From Escherichia phage LinBro, in sequence record OR896830.1: a stretch of 64,000 nt of DNA; one strand, written 5' to 3'. This document shows, one piece after another, positions 47,844 to 57,083 of this stretch. The notes beneath the pieces are model-generated. The model saw nothing but the letters and a program-made list of their open reading frames with translations. It was not told the origin of the DNA and did not search any database. Within the stretch, counting starts at the first letter, position 1. The number at the start of each line of letters is the position of its first letter. The translations under genes and the position numbers were made by a program.

Positions 47844-49424
47844 TCTTATGAAATGCCTATACAATCCTTTCCCTTTCCTTTCCAGAATCTTATCAGACCT
47901 TAAAAAGCAATAACTTTACAGCCTTTTACTAAGTCAATTAATTGGCCTTATTAATAAGCCCTTAAACATAAGCCAATAACCCCAGAAAGGGGGCAACCCA
48001 TTTAAACGCCATATAAAGCCCTATAACGGCCTTTTTAACCTAACTTAAGGGATTGCATTACCTCACCCTTAAAAGCCCTTTATAAAGCTTCACAGAGCCT
48101 TAAAAGAATCTTATAAGGGTGTAAGCTTTATTATCTCGTTAGCTATCTTGTGAACTACTAAACAACCCCCTTGATAGTAACTGAAAAGTATGTTATAGGG
48201 GCTTTAAAGTTACTTTGAAGTAGCTTAAAAGTTACGTAAATGCTAGCCCCCTTAACATTTTCTTAACATTTTCTTAACAATCCCTACATAGTTATGCTTG
48301 TTAGAGACTTGTTAGCCCCTTGTTAAATCTCTGTTAAGACCACGTAAAAGCCTTGTAAGAGTCTTTGACATAGCCTTAAAAGCTCCTGTAAAGCCCTATA
48401 AAGAGGTGTCTGTATAGTTGGGGGATAGATACTAGGAAGAGACTTAAAAGGGCTTATAAAGAGCTATAGAGAGCTTCTAAGAGGTATGTTTAAGGAATCA
48501 CTAAGAAAGAGAGGGAACGATAAGAAAGAAGTAGTGACCATGTTAATAGCTTGTTAAAAAGATTAAACACTTGTTAGAGACTTGTTAATTATCTTAATAA
48601 AATAACTCTTTAAAATTAACTTGTTAGCTCTTGTTAGTCATCTGTTAAGATTCTGTAAAGCCTATTCAGCACTTGTTAGAAAACTGTTAAGCCCTTGTTA
48701 GTTCTGTTAAGAATCTGTTAAGACCTTTGAAGAGTTGTTAAGAAGATGTGAGAACTGTTAAGAGATTGTTAAGGATATTTTAAAATTTTGCAAAGTACTT
48801 GTAAGGGAGCTGTTAAGGGCTACCAAGCAGATATACATCTTCTACAGATATTTTTCAGTTCCTTCAAAGACCCTAAAAAATGACTTGATAGTCCTATTTT
48901 ATAAAAATTTTAAGATTCTGAATAATTACCTAGACAGTCTTTTAAAAATACAGGTAATAACAGGCTTATAAGATACCTTGTTAGTACCGTGTTAGACCTT
49001 GTGAGATAAGGTCTGTAAAGATATTCCTGTTAAGTTTGTTAAAACAGTCTATATAGAGGCTTAGTAGTACCTAGTGAACACCTATAGAGAGTGTCATAGC
49101 TGACATAGAGATTAAGAGGTGTATAGGAGCTTCTAAGAGGGTATAGAGAGATGGTTAAGGTGATTGTATAGGTTGTTAAGAAGGATTGTTAGAAGAGTGT
49201 TTAGAAGGGCTATTTAGAAGGGCTATACAGAGAGCTATTAAGACCACTAGATAGTTACTAAGACACTATATAGTACTATATAACTATATAGAGAGTAAGA
49301 TTAAGAAGGTTGTTAAGAAGGGTAGATATTTTGTTCACATATGATGGTGACCCAGAGGTTGGGACAACCGATAAAATTTTATAAAAATTAAAAAGCCCCC
49401 AATTAAGGAGGCTCTTAAGATATT
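47844..49424. repeat. ORF-free region dense in short direct repeats
   Basis: No ORF of 60 aa or more on either strand; more than 20 copies of (C/T)TGTTA(A/G) at helical-turn spacing, CCTTAAAAG repeats, tandem TTAGAAGGGCTAT. Confidence 0.5.
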
Positions 49425-50030
49425 TTAAATGAGTGTTTCCAGAACTGTCTTCAGTGATGACTTGGTTGTCTGATAAAAATGAGTGAAGCCGTTGTTGTTA
49501 TCAAACACCTGCATCATGATATCATCTCCCTTGATTGGGTACACTCGGATATCATAGTGAAGCCCATTAAAGACAGCAGAACCACTACAGAATGAACTAA
49601 AATCATCTACTGAGATGTACTCTTCATGACCTGTGATTTTTATACAAACACCTTTACTCGGTCTCTTAGGGTTGATATCTTCCATCACAGACATATTCTG
49701 TCCACCAAGAGATATCATAGTGACCACTTTACGGTTCTTCTGTCTGAAGTACATTTTAACCTTCTGCAAGGTATCTTCATAGAACGGATAAGACTTCTCT
49801 ACAAAGATTCCTTCAAGTGGCTCTTTACCGTTTACAATACCTCTGGTATGGCGTACTGAGAAGATAAGTTGCTCTAGCAGGTCAAGGCTTTCTTCGGATA
49901 GTGCTTCCCGAATATCATTCCAATCAAGTACTAGGTAGTTACCTTCAACATCTTTTAAGTTATCTTTTTCCATATCTATCACACCATTATCGTAAAACTT
50001 GGTAAGCTGGGACTGCAAACTTGTTGCCAT
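49425..50030 (-). CDS. hypothetical protein
   Basis: 201-aa ORF. Confidence 0.45.
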   Translation of the reverse strand: MATSLQSQLTKFYDNGVIDMEKDNLKDVEGNYLVLDWNDIREALSEESLDLLEQLIFSVRHTRGIVNGKEPLEGIFVEKSYPFYEDTLQKVKMYFRQKNRKVVTMISLGGQNMSVMEDINPKRPSKGVCIKITGHEEYISVDDFSSFCSGSAVFNGLHYDIRVYPIKGDDIMMQVFDNNNGFTHFYQTTKSSLKTVLETLI

Positions 50031-50451
50031 TGTTCTTAATGAGGTCTTCTTCTGTTACTAAGAATGTAATCCCACATAAGTGTGTGTAGTGGCTATCATA
50101 CTCAAATATTTTAAGTAAGTATTTACCATCGTGATAAACAGATTCTACTACACCTTTTGCAACAATCTTTCCAGTCTTGAAATCTTTAAGAGGGTATACA
50201 TTACCAACTTTAGGAACTGTTTTCATCTCAGGTTCTTTTAGCTTCTCACCAGCTTCTACATCACCTAGTAAGTGAGAACTTTCAAACGCTACATATTGCA
50301 TATAAGCCTCTGAGCATTCCCAGATAAAACAATGTACAAGAACCTTAGCAGCATGTCTTGAACAATTCAACTTATCACAAATCTCTTTGTACATTTCGTC
50401 TTTAGTTGAGTTATCAAGCATTGCTTTTTGAACGACTTCTTTAATTTTCAT
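49987..50451 (-). CDS. hypothetical protein
   Basis: 154-aa ORF. Confidence 0.4.
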   Translation of the reverse strand: MKIKEVVQKAMLDNSTKDEMYKEICDKLNCSRHAAKVLVHCFIWECSEAYMQYVAFESSHLLGDVEAGEKLKEPEMKTVPKVGNVYPLKDFKTGKIVAKGVVESVYHDGKYLLKIFEYDSHYTHLCGITFLVTEEDLIKNNGNKFAVPAYQVLR

Positions 50452-50504
50452 TTCGCTACCTTCTAAGTTTCTACAAAGGGGCTATCAAGTAACCCCTCAA
50501 GTTA

Positions 50505-50729
50505 TTACTCAGACTTCTCAGTCTTCTTATCAGATTTCTTACTAGTCTTCTTCTCAGCTTTCTGTTCAGGTTCCTTCTCAGAAGTTGCCTTGATAACCAT
50601 ATCAAGAAGCTCTGATAGGTCACTCTTCAGCAAAGTAACAGGCTGCTCATTGTAGAAGTTTTTGTCAAGATAAACTTTGAACTCTTCTATAGAAGGAAAT
50701 CCAAAAATTGGTACAGGTGTCTTAATCAT
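50505..50729 (-). CDS. hypothetical protein
   Basis: 74 aa with Lys/Glu-rich tail. Confidence 0.35.
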   Translation of the reverse strand: MIKTPVPIFGFPSIEEFKVYLDKNFYNEQPVTLLKSDLSELLDMVIKATSEKEPEQKAEKKTSKKSDKKTEKSE

Positions 50730-50805
50730 TACTTAGTCTCTCCATAGGCATCTTTTAAGATTGCCTTGTTAATCATTTCAGCGATTGCAAAACGAACACA
50801 TACAG

Positions 50806-51339
50806 CTATAATTGTAGGTTGCATTCTTTACTTACCTCTTCAAGTTTAACCTCAGAATCCTTAAGTCGTTTCTTATGAACTCTGAACCTCATTAGTGAGA
50901 TGATGATACCAGCTAAAGGAACAACATACAAGTACCAGACATCATGCAACTTTGCAGTAATCTGTGTAATGGTCAAGTCTTGAGCTATGTAGCTGATTGC
51001 TGATACAGCTAGTAATGTTGCTAAGAAGAAAACCAGTATCATAACAATATTCAGACAACCTCTGGCATGGTATTCATGCTTAATGCACTTATTCTTCTCT
51101 TCAACAACCCTGTTGTAGTCATTTGTAAAGTCTCTGTAGAAAGCTTTTAAGTATTCTTGAGTGTAGCCTTCAAAGCAACCTGTACCATACCAATAATCAC
51201 CACCAAAATGTGCTATGATACCAACCTCTCCATTTGGTTTCGTCACTCTTAAAGAAGTATGATGGCAAGTATCCTGAAAATCTATCTTGTATCTTTCTTC
51301 GTAAATCATTTTCCAACCCCTCTCAATCGTTTGTTCCAC
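50806..51339 (-). CDS. membrane protein
   Basis: Two hydrophobic helices in C-terminal half. Confidence 0.45.
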   Translation of the reverse strand: MEQTIERGWKMIYEERYKIDFQDTCHHTSLRVTKPNGEVGIIAHFGGDYWYGTGCFEGYTQEYLKAFYRDFTNDYNRVVEEKNKCIKHEYHARGCLNIVMILVFFLATLLAVSAISYIAQDLTITQITAKLHDVWYLYVVPLAGIIISLMRFRVHKKRLKDSEVKLEEVSKECNLQL

Positions 51340-51524
51340 TCAAGGTCAACAAGTCTTTGCAGGACTTTCCCTCTAGGTGTTACGCCTTTTAAATCTGCAT
51401 CATAGCAACGGTAAAAGTCACCTTCAGCGTGCTTACCATAGCATTTTCTGATATTCTGGCTTCTACGATACTGTTCTAACAGGGAAAGTTTGTAGTAATC
51501 TTCAACTGTAGTTAACTTTTTCAT
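51306..51524 (-). CDS. hypothetical protein
   Basis: 72-aa ORF. Confidence 0.35.
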   Translation of the reverse strand: MKKLTTVEDYYKLSLLEQYRRSQNIRKCYGKHAEGDFYRCYDADLKGVTPRGKVLQRLVDLEWNKRLRGVGK

Positions 51525-51607
51525 TCTTTTACCATGTCTCTTATCTAGAAACTAAAAAGGGAACTACCTCTCGATAGCTCCCATCATAATCAGTTTTGTA
51601 TACTCGG

Positions 51608-52189
51608 TCAAGAGTATTTTTTAGGCAGTAATGCACTGCGCTTGTTACTCTCTTCACTCAATAGTGCGATAAAATCATCACTTTTACCTTTCCACGGGCT
51701 GAATGAAGGGATATGTTCACGGATAGCCTCGATAACCGTCTTAAGTGCTGTGTTCTTCATCCACCAATCAGGGTCTGCTGATGCTACCACGTAGTACCCA
51801 CCGTCATCAGTTAAAATCGGCTCTGAAATACATGGTGAAATCAAAGTGGTGATGATTGAGCCATTGTTCATGTAATATGTACGCTTAATAACCTTTTCAA
51901 GAAGCTTGTGAAGGTCACCAAACAGTGTTACAAGTTCTTTGTGGTCAATGTCTTTTTCGAGGCTTGCTCGATACTTCAATAGTGCAGCATCAACCTCTCT
52001 GTCATTAAACTTGAAATATTGAACTTCATCAACAAGGCAAACACTGATGTTGTTAACATTCATAGTCAGCTTGCAAACTTTTGCAGGAGAGTTGATGCTT
52101 GGTTGAAAAAGTGCAACACACCCTTCAATATTCCCAAAGTGTTGTACAAGTGTTACTTGTGGAATGATATCCTGTTGCTCTTCGGACAT
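51608..52189 (-). CDS. hypothetical protein
   Basis: 193-aa ORF. Confidence 0.45.
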   Translation of the reverse strand: MSEEQQDIIPQVTLVQHFGNIEGCVALFQPSINSPAKVCKLTMNVNNISVCLVDEVQYFKFNDREVDAALLKYRASLEKDIDHKELVTLFGDLHKLLEKVIKRTYYMNNGSIITTLISPCISEPILTDDGGYYVVASADPDWWMKNTALKTVIEAIREHIPSFSPWKGKSDDFIALLSEESNKRSALLPKKYS

Positions 52190-52533
52190 TACAGTTTCCT
52201 CATTAAATACTTTTTAAGTTGTGTGTTAGGTTTCTCAAAAACTTCTATAGAAGATATCTTAACAGATTCACCACGCATACCAGTATGTTTGAATATGTAA
52301 TACTCTAACATCCCTATGTACTTTGCTGGTAAGTCATGCTTGACATACACCGTCACAGAATCTTCAAATTCGACAACCTTTGTACCATCTTTGTAGTTAA
52401 ACTCTTTAGGATGGTTGTAGTTGTCTATGTCGTACATTAAAAAGAGTCTTTTACGTTGTAAGTCAAGCTTATTTGTTAAAGACTCTTTGATATCTGAGAA
52501 GTTTTTGTACACTGTGACATGGAGCTTACTCAT
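52189..52533 (-). CDS. hypothetical protein
   Basis: 114-aa ORF. Confidence 0.45.
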   Translation of the reverse strand: MSKLHVTVYKNFSDIKESLTNKLDLQRKRLFLMYDIDNYNHPKEFNYKDGTKVVEFEDSVTVYVKHDLPAKYIGMLEYYIFKHTGMRGESVKISSIEVFEKPNTQLKKYLMRKL

Positions 52534-52819
52534 CGTTAAACTCTCTGACGAAGAAATAGTTGACTTTGTTATTACCTACCATAAGGTCAAAGCAGGTATT
52601 CTCAAAAGGTTTGTTGTAGGCATCATATGAAACATATGGGTCAGCTACTTGCTTAGTGCTTAACTTCTTACTTGATGGGTTTAAGAGGCCACCATACAGC
52701 TTCTTGATAGACTCTTCTACAACAGACCAGATGATTTCGTCAGTAATTTCTTCGTACAGGTCAAGTTCACGCTCTAGTGAGAAGTCACAAATAGGGAAAA
52801 TAACCTGTACTTTACTCAT
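52526..52819 (-). CDS. hypothetical protein
   Basis: 97-aa ORF. Confidence 0.4.
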   Translation of the reverse strand: MSKVQVIFPICDFSLERELDLYEEITDEIIWSVVEESIKKLYGGLLNPSSKKLSTKQVADPYVSYDAYNKPFENTCFDLMVGNNKVNYFFVREFNDE

Positions 52820-53214
52820 TAGCGAATGACCTGTGTTACCTGAATAGCTTCAGTTACTGACAAATCACCAACCGTTTCTTCTTTGACGAAGGTGAAGGTA
52901 AGTTCAACAGGCTCTTGTTCTTCCTGCTCAACCGGAATACCGTTAAGCTCATCAAAGATTGATTGAGTTGTCCAGTCTTCTCCACCATCTGGGTAGTGGA
53001 TTGCGTAAAGTGGAAACTCTAAATTATACCAAGCAAAAACAGGGCAACCATCTGCATCATCTCGACATCTGTGGAGATATGTGTTTGTACCTTCAAAATG
53101 CAAATGGAGATTACCATTCTTCTCAAATAGAAGAGCATCTTGCAGGTCTAGTTCCTCATTTTCGCTGTAACGGCTGACATCAACCTTAACATGGATATGA
53201 CTGTTATTATTCAT
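52819..53214 (-). CDS. hypothetical protein
   Basis: 131-aa ORF. Confidence 0.45.
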   Translation of the reverse strand: MNNNSHIHVKVDVSRYSENEELDLQDALLFEKNGNLHLHFEGTNTYLHRCRDDADGCPVFAWYNLEFPLYAIHYPDGGEDWTTQSIFDELNGIPVEQEEQEPVELTFTFVKEETVGDLSVTEAIQVTQVIR

Positions 53215-53605
53215 AAAAACCTCTCTCTGCTTGTTCGATTTTTGCTCTTAAAATTTCGCAATGTTGTAAATGGTAGTTAGCTTCTTGTTCATGTGTTGCT
53301 AACTGCCTTTCAAGAACAGTTTTATAATAACCTGCAAGTTGCTCTTTTGTCAACGGGTGTTCTGAAATAATATCGAGTCCACTTTCGCCAAGAGGGTTGA
53401 ATTGTCCATGCTCATTGACATTGTAAGTCTCAAACTTGAACAGGCCATTGTTCACAGACTCAATAGGTGACAGTTCAACAAGCTCTACAGTAAACCGTGT
53501 ATACACCTTGTCGCCTCTTGAAACCACATTGTTTCCGACAATGCGTACAAGCGAGCCATTGCGAGTGTACTTAAAAGTCCCAAAGTCACTAGCCCAAAGC
53601 TTCAT
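53207..53605 (-). CDS. hypothetical protein
   Basis: 132-aa ORF. Confidence 0.45.
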   Translation of the reverse strand: MKLWASDFGTFKYTRNGSLVRIVGNNVVSRGDKVYTRFTVELVELSPIESVNNGLFKFETYNVNEHGQFNPLGESGLDIISEHPLTKEQLAGYYKTVLERQLATHEQEANYHLQHCEILRAKIEQAERGFYE

Positions 53606-53611
53606 AGTTTT

Positions 53612-53650
53612 CTCCTTAGAAAATAAAAAAGGCTCCCGAAGGAGCCTATG
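53612..53650 (-). terminator. rho-independent terminator
   Basis: Minus strand reads GGCTCCTTCGGGAGCC hairpin then TTTTTTATTTT. Confidence 0.65.
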
Positions 53651-53656
53651 AAGATA

Positions 53657-54121
53657 TTACTTTGGATATACACTGTCAAGATAAATGTCAGCTTCCATTC
53701 TACGTCTGTTTTTCAGACCGTTTGAGGTGACCTTCTTACCTTTGACTGTAACCTTGTTCCACCACTGCATAGCTTCTGCGCAACCTACCTTATTACCAGC
53801 ATTGTGGCGCTTGATAAATGTAGAATCCTGCATAGCTGTGATGCCGATGTTGTATGTTTCACTTACAAGTGCATCAAACTCGTTCTGAGAAGTTGGAACC
53901 TTGATAGCTTTGTTCACTGCTGCAACGAACTTTTCAACATCTGCGAGAAGATACTGTTCAGCTTGTTCAGCGGTAATCTTCATACCCATCTTAACAGGCT
54001 TCCCACCAATACGAATTGTCCCATACCCAATTGTTGGGATTCCGGCAGAGTCTTCGTAAGCCTCTAACTTCAGACCTTCGAAGAACTTAATAGCATCTAA
54101 ACCTTTTCTTGAGAGTTGCAT
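53657..54121 (-). CDS. endolysin, T4-type lysozyme
   Basis: EGLKLEAYEDSAGIPTIGYGT with catalytic Glu/Asp/Thr spacing; 154 aa. Confidence 0.85.
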   Translation of the reverse strand: MQLSRKGLDAIKFFEGLKLEAYEDSAGIPTIGYGTIRIGGKPVKMGMKITAEQAEQYLLADVEKFVAAVNKAIKVPTSQNEFDALVSETYNIGITAMQDSTFIKRHNAGNKVGCAEAMQWWNKVTVKGKKVTSNGLKNRRRMEADIYLDSVYPK

Positions 54122-55005
54122 TATGCCTCCCCTGCTGGATTAACTGTAACTGTTGCTGCATTAGATGTTACAGAGCCACCTGCGCCAGTAACTACACAGG
54201 TGTAGCTTCCTGAATCAGCAGCGGTTGCACCTTCTTTGGTGTAAGTTGCAGTAGTTGCATCGAGGATGTCTTCCTCACCTTTCTTCCACTGGTAACTTGT
54301 TGCACCTGTTGCCACAACATTCAGCGTTAAGGTATCACCTTCAGTGATTTCTTGATTGGTTGGCTGTTGAGTGATTACCGGAAGTGCATTCACAGTCACT
54401 GTTGCTGCATCTGAGGTAACACTTGTTCCACCCTCTCCAGATACAACACAAGTGTATGAACCAGCGTCAGAAGGTGCTACTGACTGTTTTGTGTAAGTTG
54501 CAGAATTGGCACTAGGGATGTCCTCACCATCCTTCTTCCACTGATATCCAGTGGCGTTAGTTGCTAGAATGCTTAGAGTAAGTGTGCCACCCTCATTGAC
54601 TGTTTGACCTGTCGGTTGCTGAGTAATTGCTGGTGGCTTAATAGCATCCTTCAACTTAGCATTCAACATTGAGAACGGCTTAACTCTTGCCAACCATTCA
54701 CAGTAAATTGTGTCAACATCTTTACCATTGATGATTGCATACTGCAAATCCATGAAGAAATCAGCAGTTCTCATCTGTGCACCAACACTGTAAAGCAATT
54801 CGTCACTAAATGGAACTTTGTAGTCTGGTTTGTAGTCAAACTTCTCAACTTCTGCAATATCAGCTTCAGGCCAATATGAACTATAGGTAAGTGGTAAAAT
54901 AGCCTCTTGATATGTTCTAAAATCATATCTCTTACCAGCCTTTACATTTGCAATGAAACCCTTCACAAACTCTTTGAAGTCTGGGTAAGTCTTTGCTTTA
55001 ATCAT
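54121..55005 (-). CDS. protein with two tandem Ig-like domains
   Basis: Two ~80-aa repeats (ITQQPT.Q...G.TLTL...ATGYQWKK...YT...GSYTCVV.G.GG.VTS.AATVTV); N-terminal domain paralogous to next gene. Confidence 0.5.
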   Translation of the reverse strand: MIKAKTYPDFKEFVKGFIANVKAGKRYDFRTYQEAILPLTYSSYWPEADIAEVEKFDYKPDYKVPFSDELLYSVGAQMRTADFFMDLQYAIINGKDVDTIYCEWLARVKPFSMLNAKLKDAIKPPAITQQPTGQTVNEGGTLTLSILATNATGYQWKKDGEDIPSANSATYTKQSVAPSDAGSYTCVVSGEGGTSVTSDAATVTVNALPVITQQPTNQEITEGDTLTLNVVATGATSYQWKKGEEDILDATTATYTKEGATAADSGSYTCVVTGAGGSVTSNAATVTVNPAGEA

Positions 55006-55373
55006 TTCTTTTTAGCCTCTAAATGTGCGTTTAGTCTAAAATAACCTTTGTGATGCGGAGATACATCACCAACAACAATACCTTTAACCTTATAACCTTT
55101 ACCAATTACATACTGGATATCCATAAGGAATCTTCCAAGACCAACAATATGGAACATTGGATATAATAGATTCTCAGAATCTGGAATATTGATTTCAGGT
55201 TTGTAGGTACGCTGTTCGCTTGTTGGTGTAATATCTTCTTCAGGCCACTTACTGAGTCTCCATGTCAAAGGTGTTGGGATAACATCATTAAGGTTGTACC
55301 TTTCACCATTTTGCACGGAATTGATATAGGATTGTAGGAAGCAATAAAAGTCTTTTGCACTCTTAGCTTTCAT
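55002..55373 (-). CDS. paralog of N-terminal domain of Ig-like protein
   Basis: Shares MDLQY.I..GK, YKP and LLY motifs with 54121..55005 product. Confidence 0.45.
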   Translation of the reverse strand: MKAKSAKDFYCFLQSYINSVQNGERYNLNDVIPTPLTWRLSKWPEEDITPTSEQRTYKPEINIPDSENLLYPMFHIVGLGRFLMDIQYVIGKGYKVKGIVVGDVSPHHKGYFRLNAHLEAKKK

Positions 55374-55420
55374 TAAATATCCTTATAAATAGTTAAAGGG
55401 GCATCAGCCCCTATTCACAC

Positions 55421-56011
55421 TTAAGCTTTGGTCTTAAGTAGGTTCTTAAGTTTTTTAAGATTCATACTCTCATCAAACTTAAAACCAAATCCATTGACAT
55501 AATCAATGAACTCGGATTTCTTACTAAGTGACAATGCGTAACTCATATCAAAGTTCTTACTTGTTTCTGCGTCTGGACTAGAGTTCACATCAAATGAAAT
55601 TTCTGTAGGCTCTTGCTTACTTTTTCTCATATTATCAACCAACAAACATGTATAGTTTGCTGGATAGAAGTTTACACTACCATCAACGTAGCTGTACTTA
55701 TTATTATGGATAAGGTTGGAAAATACCTTAAGAAATGTTTCTGAGTCGTGGCAAACAAGTTTGAATTGGCTGCTCTCTCCAAGCGCAACTAATGAGTACG
55801 GACTTTCACTATCAAAGTCATAATTTGGATTCGATGCCGTCACTGTTACACGCATCAAGTTATTAGCAATAGTCTTCTGTTTAAAAGAATTTTGAACATA
55901 GTGAAGACCTCTATCACACTGATTGACTAGCTCTTTAAGTAGGTCATTTGCATATGGTGAATTAATTGATACAGAGCCATCACTATTGTAATTAAAACTT
56001 ACTGTTAACAT
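55421..56011 (-). CDS. hypothetical protein
   Basis: 196-aa ORF. Confidence 0.45.
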   Translation of the reverse strand: MLTVSFNYNSDGSVSINSPYANDLLKELVNQCDRGLHYVQNSFKQKTIANNLMRVTVTASNPNYDFDSESPYSLVALGESSQFKLVCHDSETFLKVFSNLIHNNKYSYVDGSVNFYPANYTCLLVDNMRKSKQEPTEISFDVNSSPDAETSKNFDMSYALSLSKKSEFIDYVNGFGFKFDESMNLKKLKNLLKTKA

Positions 56012-56238
56012 TTTTCAGTTCTCCTGCGATTTATAATTTTGCTGCAATAGAGAAACGAAGTAAACTCACTGGAAGAAACCATTAAGTGTTGTTCACTAGA
56101 TTGAGCCATTGCCCTGAAATACATTCCAGTCAAAGCATCATAGTGACTATTCTTTCCAATTGAGGTTATATAGCCATGACTCTTTGCAGTTTGATATAAA
56201 TCTATAATATCTGCGATTTCTAATTGGGAACTACACAT
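56005..56238 (-). CDS. hypothetical protein
   Basis: 77-aa ORF. Confidence 0.35.
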   Translation of the reverse strand: MCSSQLEIADIIDLYQTAKSHGYITSIGKNSHYDALTGMYFRAMAQSSEQHLMVSSSEFTSFLYCSKIINRRRTEKC

Positions 56239-56402
56239 AGATAATCCTCTTGTCTTCTGTAATTTTGAAAGAACAGGTACAGACCAATTTCAGAGGATGA
56301 ATAGTAGATTAACTCTACCCTTTTTGATTCCTTACAGTGATTGGTATTCTTACCTTTCTTCGGTTTATTTGATTTTCTCATTAAGTCTCCTTTGTAGAAC
56401 AA
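56220..56402 (-). CDS. hypothetical protein
   Basis: 60-aa ORF. Confidence 0.3.
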   Translation of the reverse strand: MFYKGDLMRKSNKPKKGKNTNHCKESKRVELIYYSSSEIGLYLFFQNYRRQEDYLCVVPN

Positions 56403-56630
56403 GGCAGACCTACAGCTTTAAGTAAGATGGTACAGTAATCCATACAACAAGTCAAGAACTATTGCAAGTTAAAAAAGTTGTTGACAAAGTACTTGACAAG
56501 GTGTAGGCTTATAAATACTTAGAAGATAACTTAAAAGGTTCCTCTAAAAAGGCTATTTAAACAGATATCTTTCTGGATATCTATCTTTTATCTTAAAAGC
56601 CTTTTAAGAGGTCTTATAAGAGGCATACCA

Positions 56631-57002
56631 ATGAAAAACAGAACAAACAAAGGCCAGTTTAAAAAAGGCCAATCTGGAAACCCATCTGGAAGACCAAAAG
56701 GCTCTCGCAACAAAAGCTCACTTGTAAAAGCTCAACTGACCATTGACAATTCTGCTGAGTTTGCTGCAAAGTTATTTGAAGCGATTGTTACAAGGGATGC
56801 TGCTAAGCTTGCAGAGTTCGGGTTAAACACAGATGACGTAACCATCAAGAGTATGATTGAGGTCGGTAAAACTATCTTTACTCACTCAGCAGGCGAGATG
56901 AAAGCACTTGCAGCAGACACTAAGAAGACTCCTGATAGTGGTGGTCAACAACAGACAGATAACAAACCAACGTTCTCTGCTGTAGCGACTCTCAAAAAAT
57001 AA
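56631..57002 (+). CDS. hypothetical protein
   Basis: N-terminal basic KGQSGNPSGRPKGSRNK motif. Confidence 0.4.
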   Translation: MKNRTNKGQFKKGQSGNPSGRPKGSRNKSSLVKAQLTIDNSAEFAAKLFEAIVTRDAAKLAEFGLNTDDVTIKSMIEVGKTIFTHSAGEMKALAADTKKTPDSGGQQQTDNKPTFSAVATLKK

Positions 57003-57014
57003 TTTTAAAAGGTG

Positions 57015-57044
57015 TTGACAGACTCTACAAAGTTGCTCTAAAGT
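57015..57044 (+). promoter_or_regulatory. sigma70-like promoter upstream of Ro60-like gene
   Basis: TTGACA, 18-bp spacer, TAAAGT; GACAGACT / AGTCTGTC inverted repeat overlaps it. Confidence 0.35.
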
Positions 57045-57083
57045 CTGTCACATCAAACAACAAATGAGAGAAGAGAGTAAAAT

